A stretch of 51,290 bases of DNA, taken from NCBI GenBank assembly GCA_041686095.1, contig JAWLEN010000004.1, forward strand, positions 1 to 51,290. Direction: 5' to 3'. The DNA comes from Candidatus Aminicenantes bacterium (GTDB taxonomy: Bacteria > Acidobacteriota > Aminicenantia > Aminicenantales > Aminicenantaceae). Below, piece by piece: positions 9,071 to 18,250 of this stretch; positions within the stretch are counted from its first letter, which is position 1, and each line of letters starts with the position of its first letter. A model generated the notes under the pieces. It was not told the origin of the DNA. It did not search any database and saw only the letters and a list, made by a program, of their open reading frames with translations. A program made the translations under genes and the position numbers.

Positions 9071-9916
9071 TTACCCCCACCTGAGTTTTTCTTGAACCAG
9101 GTCAAAATAATTTCTCTTTGGAGATGAAATCAAAGAAAGTGCATAGTTGCTGTTTGTTATCTCCACTTTTTCGTTTTTCTTTATTAAATTCCCTCTCTGT
9201 CCATCCAGAGTCAGGTATGTTTTTTCTCCCCCAGAAAGAACCTTAATGGTGACCTTTGATTCTGAAGAAATGACCATGGGGCGAAAAGTGAGGGTGTGAG
9301 GACAGATAGGAGCAATAATGACAGCAGGAATATGCGGCTGTATAATGGGCCCTCCTGCAGAAAGAGAATAAGCTGTGGAACCCGTAGGGGTTGAAATGAT
9401 GATTCCATCCAAACGGGGGACGGCTATCTTCATCTCATTTATCCATATCTCACACCTGATCATCCTCGCAAGGGCCCCTTTATTTATGACAATATCATTC
9501 AAGCATAGGGATGTTTCACCCCGTTGACAAACCTCCAGCATTTGCCTGTGACTGACAATCGAATCATTTCCTTTCAAATATTCCTCTATGGTTAAAAACA
9601 TCTCGTCAAGGGGCACTTCCGTTAAAAACCCAAGGCTTCCCATATTCACTCCCATGACAGGCACTCCTGCCTTTGCCGCCAGATGAGAAATACTAAGCAT
9701 GGTCCCATCTCCTCCTAAAACAACCACCATGTCCACTAATCCGGGGACTTTTTCCCTTGGTATTCCTTTGTTCTTCCTTACTTTTTTGGCAGCAAAATTC
9801 TCCAAAACACACTTGATGCTCTTTTTCTCGAAATAATAAATAATCTCCTTTAAAATCTTTTCAATATTGGGTGCGTGAGGCTTTATAATAAATCCCACTT
9901 TTTTAATCTTTTTCAT
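9071..9916 (-). CDS. nadK: NAD+ kinase
   Basis: 'VVLGGDGTML' and 'TPTGSTAYSLSAGGPI' motifs. Confidence 0.95.
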   Translation of the reverse strand: MKKIKKVGFIIKPHAPNIEKILKEIIYYFEKKSIKCVLENFAAKKVRKNKGIPREKVPGLVDMVVVLGGDGTMLSISHLAAKAGVPVMGVNMGSLGFLTEVPLDEMFLTIEEYLKGNDSIVSHRQMLEVCQRGETSLCLNDIVINKGALARMIRCEIWINEMKIAVPRLDGIIISTPTGSTAYSLSAGGPIIQPHIPAVIIAPICPHTLTFRPMVISSESKVTIKVLSGGEKTYLTLDGQRGNLIKKNEKVEITNSNYALSLISSPKRNYFDLVQEKLRWG

Positions 9917-10727
9917 TCCAAACAGCCTCCTTAATCAATCTCTTTAATTTGTCTGGACTTATATTATTTCCATTATCAGAGCATAAAACAAAAAATTCCC
10001 TGTTCCCTTTCTGACCTTTTATGGGACTTTCTATTAAGCCCTGTACTTTTAATCCCAGTTTGAGGACCTGTTCCACTATTCTGTTCAAGACTCTCTCATG
10101 GATATGAGGTTCTTTTACGACTCCGTTTTTTCCCACCTGGCCTCTTCCTGCTTCAAACTGAGGCTTGACCAGTAAAATAATCTTTCCTTTGGTTAACAAA
10201 TCCTGGACAGCTGGAAGGACCTTTAAAATTGAGATAAAAGACAGATCCATGGTCACAAGCTGAATTTCCCTATCAAAATCTCCTTTTTCTAAATACCTTG
10301 CGTTTTTATTTATTAAAATGACTCTCGGATCATTTCTCAATTTCCAGTCTACCTGTCTTGTGTCAACATCAACAGCATATATCCTTTCAGCTCCCTTCTG
10401 AAGCAGACAATCTGTAAATCCCCCTATGGAAGCCCCTAGATCCAAAGCTGTCCATCCCTTTATGTCCAACTCAAATTTATCCAGAGCTTTTTCTAGTTTA
10501 AGACCTCCCCGCCCTACATAAGGAATCGTTTTTTTTATAGAGAGACCTGTGTCTTTGTCTATATAATCACCAGCTTTTTGCACCTTTTTCCCCGAAGCTC
10601 TTACCAGTCCGGCCATGATCAATGCCTTTGCTTTATTTCGGTTTTTGGCAAGTCCCTGGTCAACAAGAAGCTTATCAGCTCTTTCCTTGGTTTTGCTTTT
10701 TGGATTATTCATAATAACTGAAGACAT
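9903..10727 (-). CDS. tlyA: TlyA-family rRNA 2'-O-methyltransferase (hemolysin A-like)
   Basis: It has an N-terminal S4 domain ('RADKLLVDQGLAKNRNKAKALIMAG') and an FtsJ-type SAM motif 'ALDLGASIGGFTD'. Confidence 0.9.
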   Translation of the reverse strand: MSSVIMNNPKSKTKERADKLLVDQGLAKNRNKAKALIMAGLVRASGKKVQKAGDYIDKDTGLSIKKTIPYVGRGGLKLEKALDKFELDIKGWTALDLGASIGGFTDCLLQKGAERIYAVDVDTRQVDWKLRNDPRVILINKNARYLEKGDFDREIQLVTMDLSFISILKVLPAVQDLLTKGKIILLVKPQFEAGRGQVGKNGVVKEPHIHERVLNRIVEQVLKLGLKVQGLIESPIKGQKGNREFFVLCSDNGNNISPDKLKRLIKEAVWNEKD

Positions 10728-10745
10728 TTTATTGGATAAGAATTA

Positions 10746-12650
10746 TCAAGACTTATTATAATATCCTATATTTTCAGCCTCATATAAACTCTTTATTTGA
10801 TCAATAATCCCTTCCGGATCCAGTCCAAACAGTCTTCTTATCTGCTCTACTTTTCCTACAGGACATATCTTGTTGGGTATAGCAATTCTTTTGAATTTAA
10901 CATCAAAAATATACTGACTGTCTAAAAACTCTCTGACCGCACTTCCAAATCCTCCGGCAGCAATGCCTTCTTCAGCTGTGATGATGGTGCTTCCTTTTTT
11001 AGCAAAATCAAGGATCATTTTCTCATCCAATGGATAAGCAAATCGTGCATTCATCACAGCAAGGCTTATCCCTGCTTTTTCAAGTTTATCAGCTGCTTCC
11101 AAACAGGGATAGACCATATGACCATAAGCAATAAGTAGGTCTTTTCCTTGTTTTATCAGTTCTCCTTGGCCCAAAGAGATCTCTTTGAAATCCTCATCCA
11201 TGGGAACTCCGAATGCTTTCCCTTTTGGGAACCGGATTGCTACAGGATGACCATAAGAAAAAGCAGAACTCATCATATGCTGAAGCTCATTTTCATCCTT
11301 AGGAGCCATAACAATCATATTCGGAAGATGCCTGAGATAGACAATGTCATTGACTCCCTGATGGGTGGGTCCGTCATCAGGAACAATCCCAGCCCGGTCC
11401 AAAGCAAAGACTAAAGGAATATCCATTAAACTGACATCATGATAAAGCTGGTCATAAGCCCTTTGAAGAAATGTTGAATAAATGGCAACCACAGGCTTAA
11501 ATCCACTTAACGCCAGTGCTGAAGAAAAATCAACGGCATGCTGCTCAGCGATACCCACATCAAAAAATTGTTCAGGAAATTTTCGGGTAAAATCTCTAAG
11601 TCCAGTCCCTTCGGGCATGGCCGCTGTAACAGCCACTATTCTTTGATCTTTTTCAGCTAATTTTTCCATAGTGCTTCCAAAAACAGATGAAAAAGTGGGT
11701 CGTGAATTTTTGTTATTCATTTGACCTGTTTTTATGTCAAATGGATGAGCACTGTGAAACTTAGAAGGATCGTTTTGAGCGGGAAGATATCCCTTTCCTT
11801 TTTGAGTGGCACACAACACAATCACAGGACCGTCAAAGTGTTTGGCTTCATCAAAGGCCTCGATCAGGGACCTCAGACTGTGCCCTTCCACGGCTCCTAT
11901 ATAACGAATCCCCAGTTCCTCAAAAACCAAACCTGGGAAAAAAGTCTTTTTGATGGCTTCCTCAAAAGCTCTGCCCGCTTTAATCAAAGGCCATCCTACA
12001 ACAGGAATAGCTTTGAGAAAAGTCTTTGCATGATCTTTGAGTCTCAAGTAATGCTGGCCAGAAACAAGATAATTTAAATATCTGGACAAGGCTCCCACAT
12101 TTGGAGAGATAGACATCTCATTATAGTTAAGAACAATCACCATTTTCTCTCTATGATGGCCTATCTGGTTGAGGGCTTCCCATGCCACACCTCCGGTTAA
12201 TCCTCCATCCCCGACCACAGCTATTATGTTATGGTTCTGCCTTTTTCTGTCTCTTGCCACAGCCATACCCATAGCTGCTGAGAGTGCTGTAGAGGCATGC
12301 CCTGTATTAAAAACATCATGTTCACTTTCTTCTCTAACAGGGAATCCTGAAATGCCGTCCATTTTTCTGAGCTTGTGAAAACTTTCCTTTCTTCCTGTGA
12401 GTATTTTATGAGTGTAGCATTGATGCCCCACATCCCATATTATTTTATCCTTAGGTGAATCAAAAACATAATCAAGAGCCAGCGTCAGCTCTACCACTCC
12501 TAAGTTCGGGGAAAGGTGTCCTCCATTTTTTGATACTACCCTGATTATTAAACTTCTTATTTCTCCAGCAAGAATATAAAGCTCTTTTATAGAAAGCCCT
12601 TTTAAGTCCTGAGGGCTGTTTATTCGATCAAGGATACTTCTATTTCCCAT
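10746..12650 (-). CDS. dxs: 1-deoxy-D-xylulose-5-phosphate synthase
   Basis: 634 aa with 'GHQCYTHKILTGR', a TPP motif 'GDGGLTGG', and transketolase-like C-terminal domains. Confidence 0.97.
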   Translation of the reverse strand: MGNRSILDRINSPQDLKGLSIKELYILAGEIRSLIIRVVSKNGGHLSPNLGVVELTLALDYVFDSPKDKIIWDVGHQCYTHKILTGRKESFHKLRKMDGISGFPVREESEHDVFNTGHASTALSAAMGMAVARDRKRQNHNIIAVVGDGGLTGGVAWEALNQIGHHREKMVIVLNYNEMSISPNVGALSRYLNYLVSGQHYLRLKDHAKTFLKAIPVVGWPLIKAGRAFEEAIKKTFFPGLVFEELGIRYIGAVEGHSLRSLIEAFDEAKHFDGPVIVLCATQKGKGYLPAQNDPSKFHSAHPFDIKTGQMNNKNSRPTFSSVFGSTMEKLAEKDQRIVAVTAAMPEGTGLRDFTRKFPEQFFDVGIAEQHAVDFSSALALSGFKPVVAIYSTFLQRAYDQLYHDVSLMDIPLVFALDRAGIVPDDGPTHQGVNDIVYLRHLPNMIVMAPKDENELQHMMSSAFSYGHPVAIRFPKGKAFGVPMDEDFKEISLGQGELIKQGKDLLIAYGHMVYPCLEAADKLEKAGISLAVMNARFAYPLDEKMILDFAKKGSTIITAEEGIAAGGFGSAVREFLDSQYIFDVKFKRIAIPNKICPVGKVEQIRRLFGLDPEGIIDQIKSLYEAENIGYYNKS

Positions 12651-13506
12651 TATTCTTATTGACCTCCAAAAGCTTTAAAGCCAAATATCTCAATTCATCA
12701 GATTTTATGGAATTTCTATCAAGCGACTTTACCGCTGAGTTCACATATTTAAAAAGCTCTTTTTTTGCTCCTTCACGGCCATGAAAAAAAACTTCATTTG
12801 GACTGATCATTTTTCCATCCTGGATATCCTCATGTGAATCTAGGATATCATCTCTGATTTGAAATGCAAATCCTAAATTCTCAGCATATTCTGATACAGC
12901 TTTGATCTCATCAGAAGAAGCCTGCCCAAGCAAAGCACCCGTCCTCACCGAAGCTGAAATAAGACGGCCTGTCTTTTTCAGCGCCAAAGTATGATAATCT
13001 TCCCATTTAAAGTCTTCTGTTGATAATTTAATATCCAGGTATTGACCCCCTATCATCCCTGAAATCCCAGCTGACCGGCTTATTTCTTTAATAACTTCAC
13101 ATTTAGTTTCAATTCTTCCTCTTCCTACCGAAGATCCTGAGAGGACTTCAAAAGCCAAGGTCAGCAGCGCATCTCCGGCAAGAATGGCTACATCTTCTCC
13201 AAATGCTTTGTGACAGGACGGCTTCCCCCGTCTAAAATCATCATTGTCCATAGCCGGAAGATCATCGTGAATAAGCGAGTAATTATGAATAAACTCGACA
13301 GCACAAGCAAAAGGGAGGGTTTTCTCACTCTCACATCCAAAGCATTCACCTGTGGCGAGAACTAAGATGGGCCTAAATCTTTTTCCTCCAGAAAAAACAG
13401 CGTATTTCATAGAGCGGACTAATTCCCCCTCATACTTACCCAATATTCTCTTCAGTTCTCTTTCTACCAGATGTTTCTTGGCTTTAATCTTTTCTTCTGT
13501 TTTCAT
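12640..13506 (-). CDS. ispA: Farnesyl/geranyl diphosphate synthase (polyprenyl synthetase)
   Basis: First and second Asp-rich motifs 'LIHDDLPAMDNDDFRRG' and 'FQIRDDILD'. Confidence 0.9.
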   Translation of the reverse strand: MKTEEKIKAKKHLVERELKRILGKYEGELVRSMKYAVFSGGKRFRPILVLATGECFGCESEKTLPFACAVEFIHNYSLIHDDLPAMDNDDFRRGKPSCHKAFGEDVAILAGDALLTLAFEVLSGSSVGRGRIETKCEVIKEISRSAGISGMIGGQYLDIKLSTEDFKWEDYHTLALKKTGRLISASVRTGALLGQASSDEIKAVSEYAENLGFAFQIRDDILDSHEDIQDGKMISPNEVFFHGREGAKKELFKYVNSAVKSLDRNSIKSDELRYLALKLLEVNKNNGK

Positions 13507-13509
13507 TTC

Positions 13510-13788
13510 TTAAAAGGGGAGGGATTCATTCCCACCATTATCAGGGTCTTCTTCTTCATCATTTTCTTCGACGTCAAATGACTCTGCAGACACTTTTCCT
13601 TCCTCATCTTTAAGAAGAATTTCAACTTTTTTCTCTGCTTTTTCAAGCTCTTTTCTTAAAAACTTTGCCAGCTTAACTCCTTTTTCAAAAAGTTCCAATG
13701 ACTCATCTAAAGAAAGATTCCCTTGCTCTAACTTCTCTACCGTGGTCTCTAAATCCTTCAGTGCTTTTTCAAAATTAAGGTCTTTCAT
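13510..13788 (-). CDS. xseB: Exodeoxyribonuclease VII small subunit
   Basis: 92 aa with 'FEKALKDLETTVEKLEQGNLSLDESLELFEKG', typical of XseB, and an acidic tail. It is adjacent to xseA. Confidence 0.9.
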   Translation of the reverse strand: MKDLNFEKALKDLETTVEKLEQGNLSLDESLELFEKGVKLAKFLRKELEKAEKKVEILLKDEEGKVSAESFDVEENDEEEDPDNGGNESLPF

Positions 13789-13826
13789 TATATTCTCTCC
13801 TTTTTAGTTTCTATAACCCGATGGAG

Positions 13827-15164
13827 TCATTTTTTCTTATACCTGTCTTCAATTAATTTTTCTTTATCTACTGAATTCACTTGACAGTTGAACTCTCCTT
13901 TGAAAAAAGAAACTGTGATCCTCTTTCCCTTTTTAACCTGATCAATGGTTCTGATAAGAGAATCACTTCCCTCTTCCCAACACAATGAATAACCTTTTTT
14001 CAATATATTCAAGGGGCTTAAGCTGTGTAATTGAGAAGCTAACATCTCCCATCGGCTCTGGAAGTGACTCATTTTTTCTTTAATAAGAGAAGCCATTCTT
14101 TCTTGTATTAGCCTCACATTTGACCTATATTCTGCCATTTTATTCTGCTCAGCTCTCATGAAATTAACGGCTCTGATATCCAGGTCATCTACACTCTGTG
14201 ACAGTTGATATAAATGCTCCTTGAATCTCTGGAAAGCATGGTGTCTTATTAGATCCATAACCAGGCTTTTCCTTTCCTGAGTCATGTATTTCATCTGATG
14301 CTCCATTCTTCTGCCAAAACTCTCAATGCGCTCGAGGAAAGCTTCCTCTTTTTCTATAAGTATCTCTGCAGCAGCTGAGGGCGTGGATGCACGCTTATCC
14401 GCCACAAAGTCCGCTATAGTGAAATCTATCTCATGGCCTACCGCTGAAATAACGGGAATAGGACATTGAAATATGGCTCTGGCGACTTTTTCTTCATTAA
14501 ACGCCCACAAATCCTCTATTGAACCTCCTCCTCTTCCCACAATAATGACATCAATATCAGGAAGAGACCCCAAATAATCCAAAGCTTCGACTATTTCTTC
14601 TGAAGCTCCTTCTCCCTGAACCCTTACGGGGTATATGACGATATGAAGCTTTGCAAACCTCCTCTCTATAGTCTGCAAGATATCAATAATAGCGGCTCCT
14701 CTTGGAGAAGTAACAATCCCTACTTTTTTAGGGATTAAGGGAATTGGCTTTTTCTTTTCAGGATCAAAGAGTCCTTCTTTCTCAAGCTTTTTTTTCAACT
14801 GCTCAAAAGCAAGCTGAAGTGCGCCTTTGCCTTTAGGCTCAACTTCTTCCACTTGAATCTGATACTGACCTCTCTGAGGGTAAACACTGATAAATCCTTT
14901 ACAAACAATCTGAATTCCGTCTTCCATCTTGAAAGGTATCTTTGAAGCTTTGGACCGCCACATAACAGCATGCAGTTGACTGGAATCATCTTTCAAATCA
15001 AAATAAAGATGCTGGGAATAGGCCCGTTTAAAATTAGAAACCTCTCCCTCTACCCATACCAGTGGAAATTTAGTTTCCAGCTCATTCTTAATGATATTGG
15101 TGATATCTGTAACGGAATAAACCTTCTTTTTCTCTAGTGTGCTGTTACTTTTCACCTTCCCCAA
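13827..15164 (-). CDS. xseA: Exodeoxyribonuclease VII large subunit
   Basis: 445 aa with an N-terminal OB fold ('VWVEGEVSNFKRAYSQHLYFDLKD'), 'RGGGSIEDLW', and a coiled-coil C-terminus. Confidence 0.95.
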   Translation of the reverse strand: MGKVKSNSTLEKKKVYSVTDITNIIKNELETKFPLVWVEGEVSNFKRAYSQHLYFDLKDDSSQLHAVMWRSKASKIPFKMEDGIQIVCKGFISVYPQRGQYQIQVEEVEPKGKGALQLAFEQLKKKLEKEGLFDPEKKKPIPLIPKKVGIVTSPRGAAIIDILQTIERRFAKLHIVIYPVRVQGEGASEEIVEALDYLGSLPDIDVIIVGRGGGSIEDLWAFNEEKVARAIFQCPIPVISAVGHEIDFTIADFVADKRASTPSAAAEILIEKEEAFLERIESFGRRMEHQMKYMTQERKSLVMDLIRHHAFQRFKEHLYQLSQSVDDLDIRAVNFMRAEQNKMAEYRSNVRLIQERMASLIKEKMSHFQSRWEMLASQLHSLSPLNILKKGYSLCWEEGSDSLIRTIDQVKKGKRITVSFFKGEFNCQVNSVDKEKLIEDRYKKK

Positions 15165-15951
15165 CCATTTTTATTCTTTCTATGTACAGTGCTTTGCCTG
15201 TATGATAATCTATCTCCAGGTAAACAGCATTTAAGATGAATCCTTCCTTGGAAGGCCCAAATCTCTGCGGTCTTGACGTCAAAAATCTGTCCACAGCCTG
15301 TTCCTTTTTAATGCCTATGACAGAATAATATCCTCCCACCATCCCGATATCCGTAATGTAAGCGGTTCCCTGAGGAAGTATCCTTTCATCTGCAGTAGGA
15401 ACATGCGTGTGAGTTCCGCATACCGCTGATACTTTCCCATCAAGATACCATCCTAATGCTTGTTTCTCAGAAGTGGCTTCGGCATGAAAATCAACGATAA
15501 TAACATGAGTCTTTTTTCTTATGGCATCGATTTCCTGGTCAGCTTTTCTAAAAGGACAGTCTATAGGTTCCATAAACACTCTTCCCTGAAGGTTTAAAAA
15601 GGCCACTTTTCTCTCCTCAGCGTCTCTGACAATACAAGCTCCTCTTCCAGGACAAGGAGGAGGGTAATTGGCAGGCCTGATAAGCCTTGGTTCTACATCT
15701 AAATAATTCAACGCTTCTCTTTTATCCCAAATATGATTACCTGAAGTAAGAATATCAACACTTGTGAAAAGTTCTTTTCCTACTTTCTCGGTAATACCAA
15801 CCCCTCCAGCAGCATTCTCTCCATTGGCTGCAATGAGGGATGGTTTATATTTCTTCTTTAATTGAGGAAGAGAATTTTTCAAGCTTTTTCTTCCCGGCCT
15901 CCCAATGACATCACCCAAAAACAGCACACTTAACTTATCTTGCATATTCAA
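15145..15951 (-). CDS. ymdB: YmdB-family metallophosphoesterase (2',3'-cyclic-nucleotide 2'-phosphodiesterase-like)
   Basis: It has '[12 protein letters not shown]', 'GNHIWD' and '[10 protein letters not shown]' motifs and shows the conserved rny-ymdB linkage. Confidence 0.85.
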   Translation of the reverse strand: MNMQDKLSVLFLGDVIGRPGRKSLKNSLPQLKKKYKPSLIAANGENAAGGVGITEKVGKELFTSVDILTSGNHIWDKREALNYLDVEPRLIRPANYPPPCPGRGACIVRDAEERKVAFLNLQGRVFMEPIDCPFRKADQEIDAIRKKTHVIIVDFHAEATSEKQALGWYLDGKVSAVCGTHTHVPTADERILPQGTAYITDIGMVGGYYSVIGIKKEQAVDRFLTSRPQRFGPSKEGFILNAVYLEIDYHTGKALYIERIKMVGEGEK

Positions 15952-17512
15952 CAGCTCTCATTTCACGAATAACTGTAACTTTTATTTGGCCAGGATAATC
16001 CAGCTCTCCTTTTATCTTTTTTGCAATATCTTTAGCCACTGAAGAGGCTTGGTCATCAGTGATCTTTTGACTCTCTACGATAATCCTGACTTCACGACCA
16101 GCCTGGAGAGCAAAGGCCTTTGCTACTCCTTTAAAGGAATTGGCTATCTCTTCAAGCTTTTCCAGCCTCTTTACATATGTCTCTAAAAGTTCCCTTCTCG
16201 CTCCGGGCCGGGCAGCCGAGAGAGTATCCGCGGCTTGGACTAAAACAGCTTCTACAGAAGGAAATTCCACATCCCTGTGGTGAGATTCAATGGCATCTAT
16301 CACTGCCTTTGTTTCTCCGTATTTTTTTGTCAAAGATACACTGAGCTCTGTGTGTGTGCCCTCTACTTCTCTGTCCACAGCTTTTCCAATATCGTGCAGT
16401 AATCCAGCTCTTAAAGCAACTTTTTCATTTGCTCCCAATTCTTTAGCCATGAGAGCCGCAAGATAAGCCACTTCTTTGGAATGCTGAAGCACATTCTGTC
16501 CAAAACTGGTTCTGTATTTCAATTTGCCCAATATTTTTATGAGTTCAGGATGTAAATCTTGAATCCTGAGTTCCAAAGCTACTGACTCTCCTTCTTGTTT
16601 GATCTTCTCATCTAATTCTTCTTTTACTTTCTCCACCACATCTTCAACTCTTGCGGGATGGATCCGTCCATCAACAATAAGTTTCTCAATGGCCAATCGG
16701 GCTGTTTCCCTTCGGATAGGATCAAAACTAGATAGAATCACAGCTTCAGGAGTATCATCTACAATGATATCCACACCAGTCGCCATTTCTAAGGATCTGA
16801 TGTTCCTTCCCTCTCTCCCGATAATCCGTCCTTTCATGTCATCAGAAGGAAGATCAACCACAGATACAGTTGTTTCAACCACATGTTCAGCGGCTGACCT
16901 CTGTATGGCTTGACTGATAATATCTTTGGCCACATTTTGGCATTTCTCTTTGGTCTCTTCTTCTATTTTTTTTACTACTTGCACAGAGTCAAGCTTGGCC
17001 TCATCCTCAATTTGCCTTATCAATTCTCTTTTAGCTTCTTCCTGAGTCAAATTACCCACTCTCTCTAATTCAGCGATGGCTTTATTTCTTAATTTTTGAT
17101 TCTCCCTTTCTTTTTCTCCAAGTTCCTGTTCCTTGGAATACATTCTCTGTTCCTTATTGGAGATATTGCTTTCTTTGCGCTCCAAATTTTTAAACTTTCT
17201 TTCTAAATTTTCTTCTTTTTGGACAAGCCGTCTCTCCATATCACTAAGCTTCCTGCGCTTATTTCTAGTCTGATTCTCAAAATCAGACTTCAAGTTAATA
17301 AATTTTTCCTTGGCCTCTATGGAAGCTTCTCTTTTAATCTTACTCGCTTCCTCTTGGGCCTTTTCAACGATTCCTTTTGCTTCTTCTTTAGCTCTTAAAA
17401 TGGCTTGGACTCCGGACTTTTTCTTTATTAAGAAAAATACAATAAGCCCACTTAGGATCCCAAAAAGAGCAAAGGCAATGATTAAGCCCACATTCACTTC
17501 TATCACCTCCAA
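15935..17512 (-). CDS. rny: Ribonuclease Y
   Basis: It has an N-terminal TM helix, a coiled coil, a KH motif ('[15 protein letters not shown]') and an HD motif ('LLHDIGKA'). The ORF begins at TTG 17512. GTG at 17497, 8 nt after GGAGG, is the more likely start. Confidence 0.95.
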   Translation of the reverse strand: MEVIEVNVGLIIAFALFGILSGLIVFFLIKKKSGVQAILRAKEEAKGIVEKAQEEASKIKREASIEAKEKFINLKSDFENQTRNKRRKLSDMERRLVQKEENLERKFKNLERKESNISNKEQRMYSKEQELGEKERENQKLRNKAIAELERVGNLTQEEAKRELIRQIEDEAKLDSVQVVKKIEEETKEKCQNVAKDIISQAIQRSAAEHVVETTVSVVDLPSDDMKGRIIGREGRNIRSLEMATGVDIIVDDTPEAVILSSFDPIRRETARLAIEKLIVDGRIHPARVEDVVEKVKEELDEKIKQEGESVALELRIQDLHPELIKILGKLKYRTSFGQNVLQHSKEVAYLAALMAKELGANEKVALRAGLLHDIGKAVDREVEGTHTELSVSLTKKYGETKAVIDAIESHHRDVEFPSVEAVLVQAADTLSAARPGARRELLETYVKRLEKLEEIANSFKGVAKAFALQAGREVRIIVESQKITDDQASSVAKDIAKKIKGELDYPGQIKVTVIREMRAVEYAR

Positions 17513-17663
17513 CTTAGGGCGTCAGAGGAGAAGAAAGTAAGGAGGTATATTGAAAATTAAAACATAGAATCAGCTGCCAAAACGATTACAAGAATCAGTA
17601 ATCTTAAAATCTTTTTCCAAATTAAACATCTCATCTATTCACTCTATATCCATTTTTCTATAT

Positions 17664-17993
17664 TTATTTTCTTGCATGACCTGCTTCTTTATATGTATTC
17701 ACATTCTTTAGAATACGTTCCTCCAAGCTCTCTATCTCTCTCTCCATCTGCCCTATAGCTTCATTTAATTTATCTAATTTCTTCTGTGAAAGAAAAAATT
17801 CGTCTGCAATATTTAAAGCGGCCAATACCGCTATTTTAACCGTATCATTAGACTTAGATTTTACAGCCACCTTACGCATTTTTTTGTCTACATAGGAAGT
17901 AAGATGACTGACGTATTTTTCATCCTCGGCTCCTTTTACTTTTATTCTAAATTTTTGGTCAAATATCTCGATTTCAATGACTTTATCAATCAT
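17664..17993 (-). CDS. zapA: Cell division protein ZapA
   Basis: 109 aa with 'IEIFDQKFRIKV...' and 'VAVLAALNIADEF', typical of ZapA, followed by a C-terminal coiled coil. Confidence 0.8.
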   Translation of the reverse strand: MIDKVIEIEIFDQKFRIKVKGAEDEKYVSHLTSYVDKKMRKVAVKSKSNDTVKIAVLAALNIADEFFLSQKKLDKLNEAIGQMEREIESLEERILKNVNTYKEAGHARK

Positions 17994-18250
17994 ATCCCAA
18001 TCTTATCGATCTGTTCTATTATCGATTCAATCCTTTTTTTTATCTCTTCCCTTTCCGTTTGGAAATCTTTTAAATTCTCACTCAACTTGCCTGCTTCTTT
18101 TGCTTTTAAGGTGAGATCCTTTCTTTCTTTCTTGACTTCCTCTAATTCCCGCCTCAACTTTTCGTTTTCGACAGAAAGTTCGTTGATATAATCGACGATC
18201 TTCCCGATTTTCCCTTCTAAAATTTTAATCCTTTCCAGCTCGCTTGTCAA
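17990..18250 (-). CDS. ZapB-like coiled-coil protein
   Basis: 86 aa, almost entirely heptad coiled coil, 4-nt overlap with zapA. The TTG start at 18250 follows GGGGAGGAGG by 6 nt and overlaps the pheT stop. Confidence 0.5.
   Translation of the reverse strand: MTSELERIKILEGKIGKIVDYINELSVENEKLRRELEEVKKERKDLTLKAKEAGKLSENLKDFQTEREEIKKRIESIIEQIDKIGI

Noticed and set aside
17513-17663. 6S RNA (ssrS) downstream of zapA, as in E. coli
   Set aside because: The gap is only 151 nt. I could not find the long closing stem and central bubble expected of 6S RNA. The region is better explained as the rny promoter and leader.
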